Positions 32,654 to 43,295 of a DNA stretch of 64,000 nt are shown here, piece after piece; positions within the stretch are counted from its first letter, which is position 1; every line of letters starts with the position of its first letter. Both the position numbers and the translations under genes were made by a program. Source of the DNA: Aquabacterium sp. (lineage in GTDB: Bacteria > Pseudomonadota > Gammaproteobacteria > Burkholderiales > Burkholderiaceae_C); NCBI RefSeq assembly GCF_041909175.1, contig NZ_JAYRDZ010000005.1, forward strand, positions 60,417 to 124,416, read 5' to 3'. The notes under the pieces were generated by a model. The model ran no database searches. It was not told the DNA's origin and saw only the letters and a program-made list of their open reading frames with translations.

Positions 32654-33443
32654 CATGTCGATCACACACACGCCAGAGGGTGCCATGCCGAATGCCCACT
32701 TTCCGAACCGCCGTGACTGCATGCAGCGCTTGCTGCTGGCTGGGCTCGCTGCCGGTGGCCCGTCGCTTGCGCGGGCTGCGCTGGAGCGACCATCCGTGCT
32801 GCGCCTGCCAGAGGGCCTGTCGCGAGACTTGAATGCCGCATTGCAAAGCAAGCAAGGCAACAGTGACTTGTCTGACGCATGGACCGTGCGGCGGTCGACA
32901 TACTTCTGGCAAACCCATGCACGGCCGCAAGGCATGACCTTGCCATCTGAGGCGGGCAAGCTGTTGCTGATGCCGGCGCTCAACTGTTTCAGTGCCTATT
33001 TTCTCAATGGTGACCATTCCATTCGCAGTCTGGGCGTGTGGCCGGACACCGGCACTGGCACCGGGCCACGGCTGTTTTTCAGTGACAACAATGGTGGCGA
33101 CGCCCTTCGAGGCCAGGCCAAGCAGGAAGAAGTCATGTTTGCCGTGCGGATTCAATGGCTGCCAGTCAGTCTGTTCGACCGCTTGCGCGCGACCGTGGGC
33201 GGCACGGACCGCGAAGGGGCACCCTTTGTCAGTCAGGTCATGCGCCGACGCACGGTATTGACGGGGTTTGACCTGCGGTTCACCAACGGTGGGCACAAAC
33301 TTCAGAGCATCGGGCTCAACAACCAGGACAGTGTTGGCTCGGACAACTGGCTGCGCTGGAGTGACAGCAATACCGATGACCCCATCCGGTGGGAGGCCAG
33401 CTACCGCTTGTTGGCAGATGGGTTGCTTCCGGATTCGGACTGA
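32654..33443 (+). CDS. Exported hypothetical protein with two internal beta-rich repeats
   Basis: Tat-like [21 protein letters not shown] signal; repeated F..F.NG.H...S.G....SD.N..D..R motif; start 32654 or 32684. Confidence 0.65.
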
Positions 33444-33475
33444 CGCGGCGGGTGGCGGCTTGCATAATCGCCCGC

Positions 33476-33706
33476 ATGGATCACCAACCGGACAACCCCT
33501 TGCACGGGGCCACCCTGCAGCACATCGTTGAGTGCCTGGCCGATCACTACGGCTGGGCGGAATTGGGGCACATGATCCCCATCCGCTGCTTCACGCATGA
33601 CCCGAGCGTGGCGTCGAGCCTCAAGTTCCTGCGTCGCACGCCGTGGGCGCGCGCGAAGGTGGAGGCGCTTTATGTTGACACCTGGCGGCGAGCCAGGGGC
33701 CTGTGA
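33476..33706 (+). CDS. VF530/DUF2132-family small protein
   Basis: [48 protein letters not shown]. Confidence 0.88.
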   Translation: MDHQPDNPLHGATLQHIVECLADHYGWAELGHMIPIRCFTHDPSVASSLKFLRRTPWARAKVEALYVDTWRRARGL

Positions 33707-33730
33707 ACCCCTGGCTGCGCCGATGTGTCG

Positions 33731-35068
33731 TCAGGCCTTGTGTTCGGCGTCGATGTAGGACTGCTTCTTGGTGTCGCGCATCAGGACGTTGACCAGCAAG
33801 GTGCAGAAAATCACGGCCGAGGCGTACCAGTAGAAGCCACCTTCGTTGCCGGCTTGCTTGAACCACAGGGCGATGTACTCGGCGGTGCCGCCAAACACGG
33901 ACACGGCCAGTGCGTAAGGCACGCCCACACCCGTGGTGCGGATGGCAGCCGGGAAGAGTTCGGCCTTGACCACGGCATTGATGGATGTGTAGCCCGAGAC
34001 GATCAACCAAGCGCAGGCAATCAGGCCGAAGGCTTCCCAGGGGCCCTGGGCATGCTGGATGGCAGTGAGCAGGGGCACGGTCAACAGGGTACCCAGCAGC
34101 GCGAAGCCCACCAGCAGCGGACGGCGACCGATGCGGTCAGACAGGGCACCGTACAAGGGCTGCAACAGCATCGCGAAGATCAGCGAGGCCGCAGAAACAG
34201 CGGTGGTCTGGTTGTCCGTCAGGCCCACCGACAGCTTCAGGAACTTCTGCATGTAGGTCGTGTACACGTAGAAGGCCAGGGTGCCGCCCATGGTCAGGCC
34301 GATCACGATCAGGCATTCACGCGGGTATTGCAGCAGGGTGCGCAAGCCACCTTGCTTGGCGCCCTTCTTGCGGGCGGCTTCGAACTGGCTGGTCTCCGGC
34401 AGATCCTGACGCATCCACACCGCGATCAGCGCCAGGGCGGCACCAATGAGAAACGGAATGCGCCATCCCCAGGCACGCAGCTCTTCGGGGGTGAGCACCA
34501 GCTTTTGCAGCACCAGCAGCACCAGCAGGGCCACCAGCTGGCCGCCAATCAGCGACACATACTGGAAGCTGGCATAGAAGCCGCGGTGCTTCGAGCTGGC
34601 CATCTCTGACAGGTAGGTGGCGCTGGAGCCATATTCGCCGCCCAGGCTCAGACCTTGCAGCAAGCGGGCGAGCAGCAGCAGCACGGGGGCCAGCGTGCCG
34701 ACCGTGGCGTAGGTGGGGGCGCAGGCGATCAGCAGCGAGCCGCAGCACATCAGCAGCACCGAGGTCATCAGCGCCGTGCGCCGCCCCAGGTGGTCACCGA
34801 TATAGCCAAACAGCAGGCCGCCGATCGGGCGAATGAAAAAGCCCAGGGCAAAGATGCCGGCCGTGGCGAGCAGCTGGGCTGTCGGGTCCTGCTTGGGGAA
34901 GAACGAACCTGCGAAGTACAGCGCGAAAGCCGAGTAGCAGTAGAAGTCGTACCACTCGACCAGGTTGCCCAGCGAACCAATGAAGATGGCCTTCAGGCGC
35001 TGGGCAGAAATGGCTTCGGATGCGGGGCTGGATGCGGCCGCGTCGAGCGCAGCTTGAGGGGTGCTCAT
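33731..35068 (-). CDS. MFS metabolite:H+ symporter (alpha-ketoglutarate permease KgtP-like)
   Basis: GNLVEWYDF, IRPIGG..FG..GD..GRR, QGLSLGGEYGSSATYLSE and KAELFPA.IR. Confidence 0.92.
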   Translation of the reverse strand: MSTPQAALDAAASSPASEAISAQRLKAIFIGSLGNLVEWYDFYCYSAFALYFAGSFFPKQDPTAQLLATAGIFALGFFIRPIGGLLFGYIGDHLGRRTALMTSVLLMCCGSLLIACAPTYATVGTLAPVLLLLARLLQGLSLGGEYGSSATYLSEMASSKHRGFYASFQYVSLIGGQLVALLVLLVLQKLVLTPEELRAWGWRIPFLIGAALALIAVWMRQDLPETSQFEAARKKGAKQGGLRTLLQYPRECLIVIGLTMGGTLAFYVYTTYMQKFLKLSVGLTDNQTTAVSAASLIFAMLLQPLYGALSDRIGRRPLLVGFALLGTLLTVPLLTAIQHAQGPWEAFGLIACAWLIVSGYTSINAVVKAELFPAAIRTTGVGVPYALAVSVFGGTAEYIALWFKQAGNEGGFYWYASAVIFCTLLVNVLMRDTKKQSYIDAEHKA

Positions 35069-35249
35069 CGAGTCTCCTGTTCAAGAGGTGCCAGGCTGTC
35101 TACCCGGTCATATGGCGAATGTGAAAGTGTCTCGATTTGCAGTGCGTGGCGCATCCGCAGGGCCCCAAGGATGGTTCTGCGTAGATCTACGTAGAGCGGT
35201 GCGGGTGACGCCAGACGAATTTCGTGCAACATCGCGCCACGGACAAGCT

Positions 35250-37448
35250 ATGCGCACACTTTTTTCCTTTTCACGACCCTGGCAGCGCTGGCTGGCCGGC
35301 CTGCTGGCGCTGGCGCTGGCTGCGCTGGTGGTGCTGGTTGCCGGCAACTGGGCCGAACAGCGCGAGACGGCGCAGCGCCGTCATGCCTTGCGCTCGGCGC
35401 TGGACATGCATGCCCAATGGCTGCGCGACATCACGCGGCAGTACGCGTTCCTGCCCGTGCTGGCTGGCGGGCAAGCCGATGTGTTGAACCTGCTGGTGAC
35501 CCCGCAGGACGGCGTGCGGCAAGCCGAGGTCAACCGCTACCTGGAAGCCATCAACGCCCGAGCCGGTGCCATGGCCTTGTTCGTGATGGATGTGCATGGT
35601 CGAACCCTGGCTGCCAGCAACTGGCAAACCGCCGACAGCTTTGTCGGGCATGACTACTCGCGCCGGCCGTATGTGATCCAGGCCCTCGCCGGGCGAACCG
35701 GCATGTTCTATGGCGTGGGCATGACGACCGGCAAACCGGGGCTGTTCATTGCCGAGCCCTTGCGGGTCAAGGGGCGCATTGCCGGTGTGCTGGCGGTGAA
35801 GGTGGCGCTGGACACCTTGAATGTCAGCTGGACGCATTCTCCCGAGCCCGTCTTGTTGCGTGATGCGCATGGGGTGAGCTTCATGGCCAGCCGCGCGGAT
35901 TGGCGCTACCACCGTACCCGGCCGTTGACGCCGGCGGAACAGACCGAGCTGAAATCCAGCCAGGCTTATGGCCCTGGTGGCGGCGACATGCCGGCGCTGG
36001 TGTGGCGGACCAAAGCTGCAGGCGGCGCGGGCTCATATGTGTTGCGCACCGAGGTGGATGGGCGCCCGCGCCAATACCTGGCTGAAGACCTCGCCTTGCC
36101 GGAGTTCAACTGGACGCTGACTGTGCTGTCGGACCGTGCCGCGATCTTGCAGACCCGCAATGAGGCGTCGGCCATGACGGCCCTGGCGCTGGCTTTGCTC
36201 GCCATGGCCAGCCTTTACTGGCGGCTGCGTGAGCGTCGCTTTGCCGAACAGAAGCAGGCCCGCATCGACCTGGAGCAGCGGGTGCTCGAGCGCACGCGGG
36301 AATTGCGTGATGCCCATGCCTTCCGTGATGCCATGGGGGACTCCCTGCTGGTGGGCATGCGGGCGCGCGACATGGACGGCACCATCATCTATGTCAACCG
36401 GGCGCTGTGCCAGATGGTGGGCTACAGCACACAGGAGCTGATGAGGCAGAAGCCGCCTTATCCCTACTGGCACCCGGACGACATGGAAAAGCACTGGATC
36501 GACAGCGATGCGGCGCTCCACGGGTTGGCCGAGCCGACAGGCTTCGAGTCGCGCATACGGCACAAGGACGGCCATGATGTGATCACCATGGTCTACACCG
36601 CGCCGCTGATCGATGCCGATAACGTGCAGCGTGGCTGGATGAGTTCGGTGGTCGACATCACGGCGCAGAAGCAGGCCGAAGCGCGCGAGCGCCTGCAGCA
36701 AACCCAGTTGCAGCGTAGTGCACGTCTGGCCAGTCTGGGTGAGATGGCCTCATCGGTGGCCCACGAGTTGAACCAGCCGCTGATGGCCTTGTCCAACTTT
36801 GCAGCGGCGGCCAAGGCCCTTGCACGTAGCGGGGCGCAAGATCTGCTGCAGGCCAGCCTGGACGACATCCAGGGCCAGGCGCGCCGCGCGTCCGAGATCG
36901 TGCGCCGCATCCGCAGCATGGTTCGACAGGACCGTGGCGTGGCCGAAGAGTTCCTGGTCGACGACTGGGTAAAGACCGTGCTGGGCTGGCTCAAGCGCGA
37001 CATCCAGTCGCGGCAGGTGCGCGTGCAGTGGGGCATTCCGCCCAACCTGCCACCGCTGACGGCGGACCGCGTGCTCGCCGAGCAGCTGTTGATGAACCTG
37101 CTGCAAAACGCCTTGCAGGCACTGGACGGTCAGCCGATGGAGCGCCGCGTGATCGAACTCGCGGCCGAGGTGCGGGCAGGGCATGTGTGGCTGAAAGTGG
37201 CGGATCACGGCCCTGGTGTCAGACCCGAAGACGCCCCGCATCTCTTTGACCCATTCTTCACGACCAAGGCCGACGGCCTGGGATTGGGCCTCAACATCTG
37301 TCGCTCCATCGTCGAGTCGCAGGGGGGCAGCCTGCATTGGCAACCCCGGCCGGGCGGTGGCGCACAATTCGAATTCAGCCTGCCTTTACATCCTTCGTCG
37401 GCAGCAGATGGAACTGCCCGCCCGCCAAGCGGCCCCTCCGTGTCATGA
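35250..37448 (+). CDS. DctB/DctS-like sensor kinase (Cache, PAS, HisKA)
   Basis: DYSRRPY, GVGMTTGKPG, PAS (YVNRALC..GY), GEMASSVAHELNQPL and DPFFTTK..GLGLGL. Confidence 0.92.
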   Translation: MRTLFSFSRPWQRWLAGLLALALAALVVLVAGNWAEQRETAQRRHALRSALDMHAQWLRDITRQYAFLPVLAGGQADVLNLLVTPQDGVRQAEVNRYLEAINARAGAMALFVMDVHGRTLAASNWQTADSFVGHDYSRRPYVIQALAGRTGMFYGVGMTTGKPGLFIAEPLRVKGRIAGVLAVKVALDTLNVSWTHSPEPVLLRDAHGVSFMASRADWRYHRTRPLTPAEQTELKSSQAYGPGGGDMPALVWRTKAAGGAGSYVLRTEVDGRPRQYLAEDLALPEFNWTLTVLSDRAAILQTRNEASAMTALALALLAMASLYWRLRERRFAEQKQARIDLEQRVLERTRELRDAHAFRDAMGDSLLVGMRARDMDGTIIYVNRALCQMVGYSTQELMRQKPPYPYWHPDDMEKHWIDSDAALHGLAEPTGFESRIRHKDGHDVITMVYTAPLIDADNVQRGWMSSVVDITAQKQAEARERLQQTQLQRSARLASLGEMASSVAHELNQPLMALSNFAAAAKALARSGAQDLLQASLDDIQGQARRASEIVRRIRSMVRQDRGVAEEFLVDDWVKTVLGWLKRDIQSRQVRVQWGIPPNLPPLTADRVLAEQLLMNLLQNALQALDGQPMERRVIELAAEVRAGHVWLKVADHGPGVRPEDAPHLFDPFFTTKADGLGLGLNICRSIVESQGGSLHWQPRPGGGAQFEFSLPLHPSSAADGTARPPSGPSVS

Positions 37449-38068
37449 CCTTGTCTCCCCCTCGCCCTCAGATAGCCGTCTCGGTTGTCGATGATGATGA
37501 AGCTGTTCGCCGGTCGTTGCTGATGCTGCTGTTCCCGCAAGGGCTGGCGGTACAGGGCTTTGCTTCGGGTGAGGACTTTCTGGCCGCGGTAGACCCACAG
37601 CAACCGGGCTGCGTGATCCTGGATTTGCGTCTGGGTGGCATGAGCGGCTTGCAGGTGTTCGAGCGGCTGCGAGAAGCCCGCAGCCCTCAGGTGGTGCTGT
37701 TCCTGTCAGGCCATGGTGACATCCCGACTGCATTGGAAGCGGTCAAGCGCGGGGCGTTCGACTGGGTGGTCAAGCCCGATACCGAACAATTGCTCGACAA
37801 ACTGCCGCTGGCGCTCACTGAGGCCGCCGATCGCATCGAGGCCCTGACACAATGGCGTAGTCTGACGCCGCGTGAACGCGAAGTGGCGCGGTGGGTGGCC
37901 TTGGGCCTGTCGAACAAGGCCATCGCGCGCACCCTGGTGCCCGAGTGCAGTTCGCGCTCGGTTGAAACCCACCGTGCACATGTCTTTGCCAAGCTGGGCC
38001 CCGCCAATGACAATGAGCTGGGGCGCTGGATGGCACGTTTCTCGTCGATGCTGGACGGTCCGCTCTGA
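37445..38068 (+). CDS. FixJ/DctR-type response regulator
   Basis: VVDDDEAVR, ILDLRLGGMSG, LSGHGD and LTPREREV...VETHRAHV. Confidence 0.93.
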   Translation: MTLSPPRPQIAVSVVDDDEAVRRSLLMLLFPQGLAVQGFASGEDFLAAVDPQQPGCVILDLRLGGMSGLQVFERLREARSPQVVLFLSGHGDIPTALEAVKRGAFDWVVKPDTEQLLDKLPLALTEAADRIEALTQWRSLTPREREVARWVALGLSNKAIARTLVPECSSRSVETHRAHVFAKLGPANDNELGRWMARFSSMLDGPL

Positions 38069-38091
38069 TCCCTTGTCGTTTCCTGTAGTCC

Positions 38092-38997
38092 ATGTCGGCA
38101 TCCTCGTCCCGTTACGCTTCGCTTTTGCCTTTGCTCGCCATATTGGGCTCGGTCACCTTTCTGGGACTGGGCACGTCATGGGCCAAACAGGCCTTGTTCC
38201 CCACGGTGGGCGCGCAAGGCACGACGGCCATCCGTGTGGGCTTGTCGGCGGTGTTCCTGTGGGTGCTGTGGCGACCATGGCAGCGTCCGGTCACACGCAG
38301 CGATCTGTGGCGCGTGCTGTGCTACGGCGTGGCGCTGGGTGGCATGAACCTCTTCTTCTACATGTCCCTGCGCACCATTCCATTCGGGGTGGCGGTGGCC
38401 ATCGAGTTCGCAGGCCCGCTGTCTGTGGCGTTGGCTGCATCGCGTCGTCCGGCTGACTTCATCTGGGTGGCTTGCGCGGTGGCAGGGCTTGGCCTGCTGC
38501 TGCCACTGGGACATCACGTCAGCGCGCTGGACCCGGGTGGTGTGGCCTGTGCCCTGGCTGCCGCCCTGTTCTGGGCTTTGTACATCTTGCTGGGCAAGCG
38601 CGTTGGCCACCTGCATGCCGGGCATGCCGTGTCCCTGGGCATGGCTTGTGCCGCCCTGGTGGTGGTGCCGGTTGGTGTGCTGCATGCCGGCCGCGCCTTG
38701 CTGTCGCCCGCCATCTTGCTGGCTGGTCTGGGTGTGGCCGTGTTGTCCAGTGCTATTCCCATTTCGCTGGAGATGCTGGCACTCAAGCGCCTGTCTCCCA
38801 AGGCGTTCGGCATCATGATCAGCATGGAGCCTGCGGTGGCCGCCTGCATTGCGGCCGTTTTGCTGGCCGAGCAGTTGAGCGGGGTACAGTGGTTGGCCAT
38901 CGGTCTGATCATGGCAGCGTCGATTGGCAGTGCCGCCACGGCGAACGTTGAATCCCAACAGCCCGAACGCACACGACGTGGGTGTGCCTCAGCATGA
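38092..38997 (+). CDS. EamA/RhtA-like DMT exporter
   Basis: YGVALGGMNLFFYMSLRTIPFG.AVAIEFAGPL and SLEMLALKRL...FG...SMEPAVA. Confidence 0.92.
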   Translation: MSASSSRYASLLPLLAILGSVTFLGLGTSWAKQALFPTVGAQGTTAIRVGLSAVFLWVLWRPWQRPVTRSDLWRVLCYGVALGGMNLFFYMSLRTIPFGVAVAIEFAGPLSVALAASRRPADFIWVACAVAGLGLLLPLGHHVSALDPGGVACALAAALFWALYILLGKRVGHLHAGHAVSLGMACAALVVVPVGVLHAGRALLSPAILLAGLGVAVLSSAIPISLEMLALKRLSPKAFGIMISMEPAVAACIAAVLLAEQLSGVQWLAIGLIMAASIGSAATANVESQQPERTRRGCASA

Positions 38998-39860
38998 TTC
39001 GCATCGAGCATCAGGTTTCTCTCCAATATCAGATTGGCGCAGCTGGTGCCGACCTGATCCTCAACATCCACGCTGCGCAGACGGCGTGCCAGTCGGTTGG
39101 TCAAGAGCGTGTGCACATCAGCCAGCCGGTCGTATACGAGATGTTTGTCGACCCAGTCACGCGGTCTCGGTTCATGCGACTGCGTGCATTGCCTGGCTGG
39201 TTGCAGGTACAGCACAGCGCGTCAGTGGATGTTCGCCACCATCAACGCGACCCTGATGCCGTAGGTGAAGTGGCCGTCAGCAGCTTGCCATTCGAGACCT
39301 TGACCTACCTGAATCCCAGTCGGTATTGCCAGTCTGATCAGTTCAGCCAACTGGCCATGCAGCAGTTCGGCGCATGGCCCAAAGGCTATCGGCGCGTTCA
39401 GGCGATACAACGTTGGGTTCAGCAGCGCGTGCGTTTCACCCCGAATGTGTCTGACACCAACACGTCTGCGATAGAGACCTTGCGCAGCGGGCAGGGCGTC
39501 TGCCGCGATTTCGCCCATCTGATGATCGCGCTGTGTCGTGCCTTGTGCATTCCTGCTCGCTTCAGCACGGGGACCGACTGGGGTGCCGACCCAGCCCTGG
39601 GGCCGCCCGACTTCCATGCCTATGTGGAGGTCTATCTGGAGGGGGGCTGGTACATCTTTGATGCGTCAGGAACGGCCATTCCGATGGGCTTCATCCGTAT
39701 CGGGACTGGACGGGATGCGGCCGATGTGCCTTTTGCCAGCATGTATGGCGGCGTCATGGCGCAGGCCCCGGTGATCCATAGTCGAGCCATTGAAGATACA
39801 CGGCGCGGGTTCCCTCAACCGGCCCACACGGACTGCGCGCTGTCGACCGATGCGGGGTAA
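38994..39860 (+). CDS. Transglutaminase-like family protein
   Basis: YLNPSRYCQSD, GVCRDFAHL.IALCRAL.IPAR, DFHAYVEVY and FDA. Confidence 0.92.
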   Translation: MIRIEHQVSLQYQIGAAGADLILNIHAAQTACQSVGQERVHISQPVVYEMFVDPVTRSRFMRLRALPGWLQVQHSASVDVRHHQRDPDAVGEVAVSSLPFETLTYLNPSRYCQSDQFSQLAMQQFGAWPKGYRRVQAIQRWVQQRVRFTPNVSDTNTSAIETLRSGQGVCRDFAHLMIALCRALCIPARFSTGTDWGADPALGPPDFHAYVEVYLEGGWYIFDASGTAIPMGFIRIGTGRDAADVPFASMYGGVMAQAPVIHSRAIEDTRRGFPQPAHTDCALSTDAG

Positions 39861-40188
39861 GGCCCACGCATGCTCAGGGGTGAGTTGGAAAAAAAGTTGG
39901 CGCGATCGCGCATGAACTGCTACAGTGCGAGGGCTTAGCTGCAGTTTCGCTTTCCTCCGCAGCATTCTGACGATTCGCGCGTTTTGCGCGCGCACCTTCA
40001 GCAGCACATGCATCTGGCCATGCTCGCTGCGCATCCAGGCAAGCATCGTCTGGTTCTGTTTCCCCGCTTGGCTCACTGACCAAGTCACTTTCCGCGGGGC
40101 TTGAATCCTCTCTCATCACGGGTATCTGCGGTTGTTTCAGCCCTGACCCTCGCATTTTTGGCTGCGCGATATAGCGGCCCCCCATTTT

Positions 40189-40425
40189 TTGATCCATTCC
40201 TCTCCCCAAGCCCTGTCGGTTGGCCGCTTCGAGCTGTCATCAATGACCCGCCAAACAGACTGCGGCCAATATGCCGTTTCGCTGTCCATTCGCAGCGGAC
40301 GCGGCTCCAATACCCACGATCGGGTGTTTCGTTTCACGCCCTTGTTCCGAACTGCGCGAGCCGCTGAGCGCTTTGCCTTCGATCAGGGTCTCCACTACCT
40401 CAGTCAACCCACCTTGCGGGCTTGA
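40189..40425 (+). CDS. Small conserved hypothetical protein upstream of infA
   Basis: GQYAVSLSIRSGRGSNTHDRVFRF.P.F...AA.RFA; TTG start uncertain. Confidence 0.55.
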   Translation: MIHSSPQALSVGRFELSSMTRQTDCGQYAVSLSIRSGRGSNTHDRVFRFTPLFRTARAAERFAFDQGLHYLSQPTLRA

Positions 40426-40464
40426 GGTCCTTCTGTCTCGCAAATCAATTGGATAACCCTCCTC

Positions 40465-40728
40465 ATGGCTAAAGAAGAACTCATTGAAATGCGCGGTCAG
40501 GTCGACGAAGTCCTGCCCGACTCCCGCTTTCGCGTCACCCTGGAAAACGGACACAGCCTGGTCGCCTACACCGGCGGCAAGATGCGCAAGCACCACATCC
40601 GTATCCTGGCGGGCGACAAGGTGTCGCTGGAGTTGTCGCCCTATGACCTGACCAAGGGCCGCATCACCTTCCGTCATCTCGAGCCTCGTTCTGGCTCGGC
40701 ACCGTCGGCGCCTCGTCGACGTTTCTGA
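40465..40728 (+). CDS. infA: Translation initiation factor IF-1 (stand-alone copy with C-terminal extension)
   Basis: [24 protein letters not shown]...[30 protein letters not shown]. Confidence 0.97.
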   Translation: MAKEELIEMRGQVDEVLPDSRFRVTLENGHSLVAYTGGKMRKHHIRILAGDKVSLELSPYDLTKGRITFRHLEPRSGSAPSAPRRRF

Positions 40729-40790
40729 TTTCCGGCCTGACGCTGCGGCAGGCCTTCGACTCACCGCGGCAAGTTCTGAAAGGGTCCAAC

Positions 40791-41105
40791 ATGGACAACA
40801 AGCTGTACGTCGGCAATCTGCCTTATTCGATGCGCGACGACGACCTCCAACAACATTTCTCTGCCTTTGGCGCTGTGCAATCGGCCAAGGTCATGATGGA
40901 CCGTGACACCAACCGCTCCAAGGGCTTTGGCTTTGTGGAGATGGGCTCTGGTGCTGAAGCCCAGGCTGCCATCCGTGGCATGAACGGTCAATCGTTTGAA
41001 GGCCGTGCCCTGGTGGTCAACGAAGCCCGTCCCCGCGAAGAGCGCCCCTCCGGTTTCGGTGGTGGCAACCGCGGTGGCTTCGGCGGCGGTCGTCGCAGCT
41101 ACTGA
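40791..41105 (+). CDS. RRM RNA-binding protein with Gly-rich tail
   Basis: RNP2 LYVGNL, RNP1 KGFGFVEM and GGFGGGRRSY tail. Confidence 0.96.
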   Translation: MDNKLYVGNLPYSMRDDDLQQHFSAFGAVQSAKVMMDRDTNRSKGFGFVEMGSGAEAQAAIRGMNGQSFEGRALVVNEARPREERPSGFGGGNRGGFGGGRRSY

Positions 41106-41183
41106 TCACGGTCGGCTCAGACCATGCGGGAGCATGGGTCTGAGCAGCTGATGACCCATGCCAGCCGTGGCTGTATGGTTTTC

Positions 41184-41209
41184 AAAGCCCTCGCATGCGA
41201 GGGCTTTTT
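41184..41209 (+). terminator. Intrinsic terminator (possibly bidirectional)
   Basis: AAAGCCCTCGCATGCGAGGGCTTTTT; preceded by a second hairpin at 41115-41145. Confidence 0.8.
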
Positions 41210-41382
41210 CGTATTCGGTATCGCGACAAATTTCCGAAAAAAGTGAGATCTGATCATCGGTGGTCTCAGGTTTCTTGGTGTGGTCGCCGATAGAGCCCTG
41301 GTATTCACGCTGTGGCTGCTCATCCACCACGGCCGCTTCATGGACCCTGCGCAAACAGGACGCGCGACAACCAGGTAACCGA

Positions 41383-43287
41383 ATGACGCCCCAGAGTGAC
41401 ATCGAGCACGGCTCCCTTGCTGCGTGGGGCCTGTCCTTGCGCCCCTTGTTGGCAGGCTTGCTGGTTGCCTTCTGCCTGCTGATCTGGCAGGCCTTTGCAT
41501 TTGCATTGAGTGATGCACAGGAAGAGGCCGAGGTCGAAGCGAGCGCCATCTTGCATATGGTGTGGCGGGCTCACTCTGCCGGTGGCTTGGCAAGCTCACC
41601 GCAGGTCCTGGAGGGGGCATTGCAGCAGGCGGCCGAGGGCTTTCCTGACGTGCAGGCAGCCTCGCTGTGTACAGAGTCCGGGTGCAACGCACGGTACGCG
41701 CGAGGCCGTTCGTGCACGCCTGGTGGCGGCTGGGTGGGGCAGTGCGTCTCAGCCGAGTCCAAACTGGACGGCCGGTGGAGTGTGATTGTTCTCCATTCCT
41801 TGGGCCCGGCTTACCTGGAGGTGGCCAGAGACGTGGCCATTTTCCTGGTGGCACTTTTGCTGGGTGGAGGGGTCTGGTACCTGTCCGCCAGGAAGATGCG
41901 TCACCGCATGGCCCATGATGCCAGCCGTTTGCGCGAGGCCACTGAAAAGGACCAACTGACGGGACTCTTCAACCGTGCGGCCTTTCAGCATGCGCTGTCA
42001 GAGGCACTGCAACGGGTGGCCAGTACATCGGAGCAATTTGCCTGTCTGTTCATCAATGTGGACAGCTTCCGTGATCTGAACGACCTGAACGGCTACAAGA
42101 CGGGGGACAGCGTGCTGGCCGAGTTGGCCGAACGGCTGGGCAAGGTGTTTGCGGTGCCCGGCAGCATGCTGGCGCGCGTGGGGGGGGATGAGTTTGCTGT
42201 GTTGCTGCCCTTGCGCAAGAACGTCTTGCCGGATGCCCTGGTGGGCGACCGCATGGCTTCGGCGGTGGCGCGGCCCTTCGAATACGCCAACCGCTCGGTT
42301 CAGATCACCGTGTCAGCCGCCATCGTGCCGTTGGACAGTGCCCAGTTGACCCAGGGTGAGGTGTTCCGCCGTGGTGACATTGCGCTGGCCGAAGCCCACC
42401 GGCGAGGCCGTGGCCGCTGTGTACGCTATGACGCCGATCTGGGTGCCAGGGCGGGCCGGCGTCAGCTCATTCAGCGTGATCTGCGGCAGGCCCTCACCGG
42501 ACCACAGGTCTACCTCGAATACCAGCCGCAAGTGGACATGCGTGGTCAGTTACGTGGTGTGGAGGCACTGATCCGCTGGAAGCATCCGTCAGAAGGGATG
42601 ATTCGCCCGGACGAGTTCATTCCGGTGGCCGAGGAAACCGGCTTGATCCTGCACGTGGGAACGAGGGTGGTGGAGCTGGCCTGCCAGGATCTGGTGGCCT
42701 TGCGCAAGGACGGCGTCATGCTGCCCTACATCAGCGTCAACGTCTCGCCCAAGCAGCTGGCTGACCCGACATGGCCTGACCACCTGCTCCAGACGCTCAA
42801 GAAGAACGAACTGAGCACCAGTGACCTGGAGCTGGAGGTCACCGAAGGCACCGTCATGGAAGATGGCGGTACCGAAACCTCAGCGCTCGATCGCTTGTCC
42901 AAGAAAGGCTTTCGGCTGGCTGTGGACGACTTCGGTACAGGGTACTCGTCTCTCGCTCGGTTGCAGAGCATGAAGGCAGACAAGCTGAAGATCGACCGCT
43001 CCTTCATTCGTCAGCTGGGTGACCCATCCTATGACCCGGTGCTGGTGCAGATGATGCTGGCCCTGGCAAGCCGCCTCGGCATCAAGAGCGTGGCGGAAGG
43101 GGTCGAGGAGCAGCGCCAACTGGACTGGCTGGCGGCTGCTGGTTGCCAGATGGTGCAGGGCTATTTCTACGCGAAGCCGATGACCGTGGACCGCTTGAAG
43201 CTGTGGATCATTGGCAACCTGGCGGACCACCAGCACCATGGGCACGAGTTGACGTGGGAGCCGACCAAGCCGGATGTGCTGATGTGA
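41383..43287 (+). CDS. Membrane-bound GGDEF-EAL c-di-GMP enzyme
   Basis: DQLTGLFNR, RVGGDEF, EALIRW, ELEVTE, DDFGTGYSSL and AEGVE. Confidence 0.94.
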   Translation: MTPQSDIEHGSLAAWGLSLRPLLAGLLVAFCLLIWQAFAFALSDAQEEAEVEASAILHMVWRAHSAGGLASSPQVLEGALQQAAEGFPDVQAASLCTESGCNARYARGRSCTPGGGWVGQCVSAESKLDGRWSVIVLHSLGPAYLEVARDVAIFLVALLLGGGVWYLSARKMRHRMAHDASRLREATEKDQLTGLFNRAAFQHALSEALQRVASTSEQFACLFINVDSFRDLNDLNGYKTGDSVLAELAERLGKVFAVPGSMLARVGGDEFAVLLPLRKNVLPDALVGDRMASAVARPFEYANRSVQITVSAAIVPLDSAQLTQGEVFRRGDIALAEAHRRGRGRCVRYDADLGARAGRRQLIQRDLRQALTGPQVYLEYQPQVDMRGQLRGVEALIRWKHPSEGMIRPDEFIPVAEETGLILHVGTRVVELACQDLVALRKDGVMLPYISVNVSPKQLADPTWPDHLLQTLKKNELSTSDLELEVTEGTVMEDGGTETSALDRLSKKGFRLAVDDFGTGYSSLARLQSMKADKLKIDRSFIRQLGDPSYDPVLVQMMLALASRLGIKSVAEGVEEQRQLDWLAAAGCQMVQGYFYAKPMTVDRLKLWIIGNLADHQHHGHELTWEPTKPDVLM

Positions 43288-43295
43288 GCGCCCCG

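Noticed and set aside
35180-35191. Perfect palindrome CGTAGATCTACG between the MFS and sensor kinase genes
   Set aside because: Single short palindrome; a plausible operator but nothing else supports it
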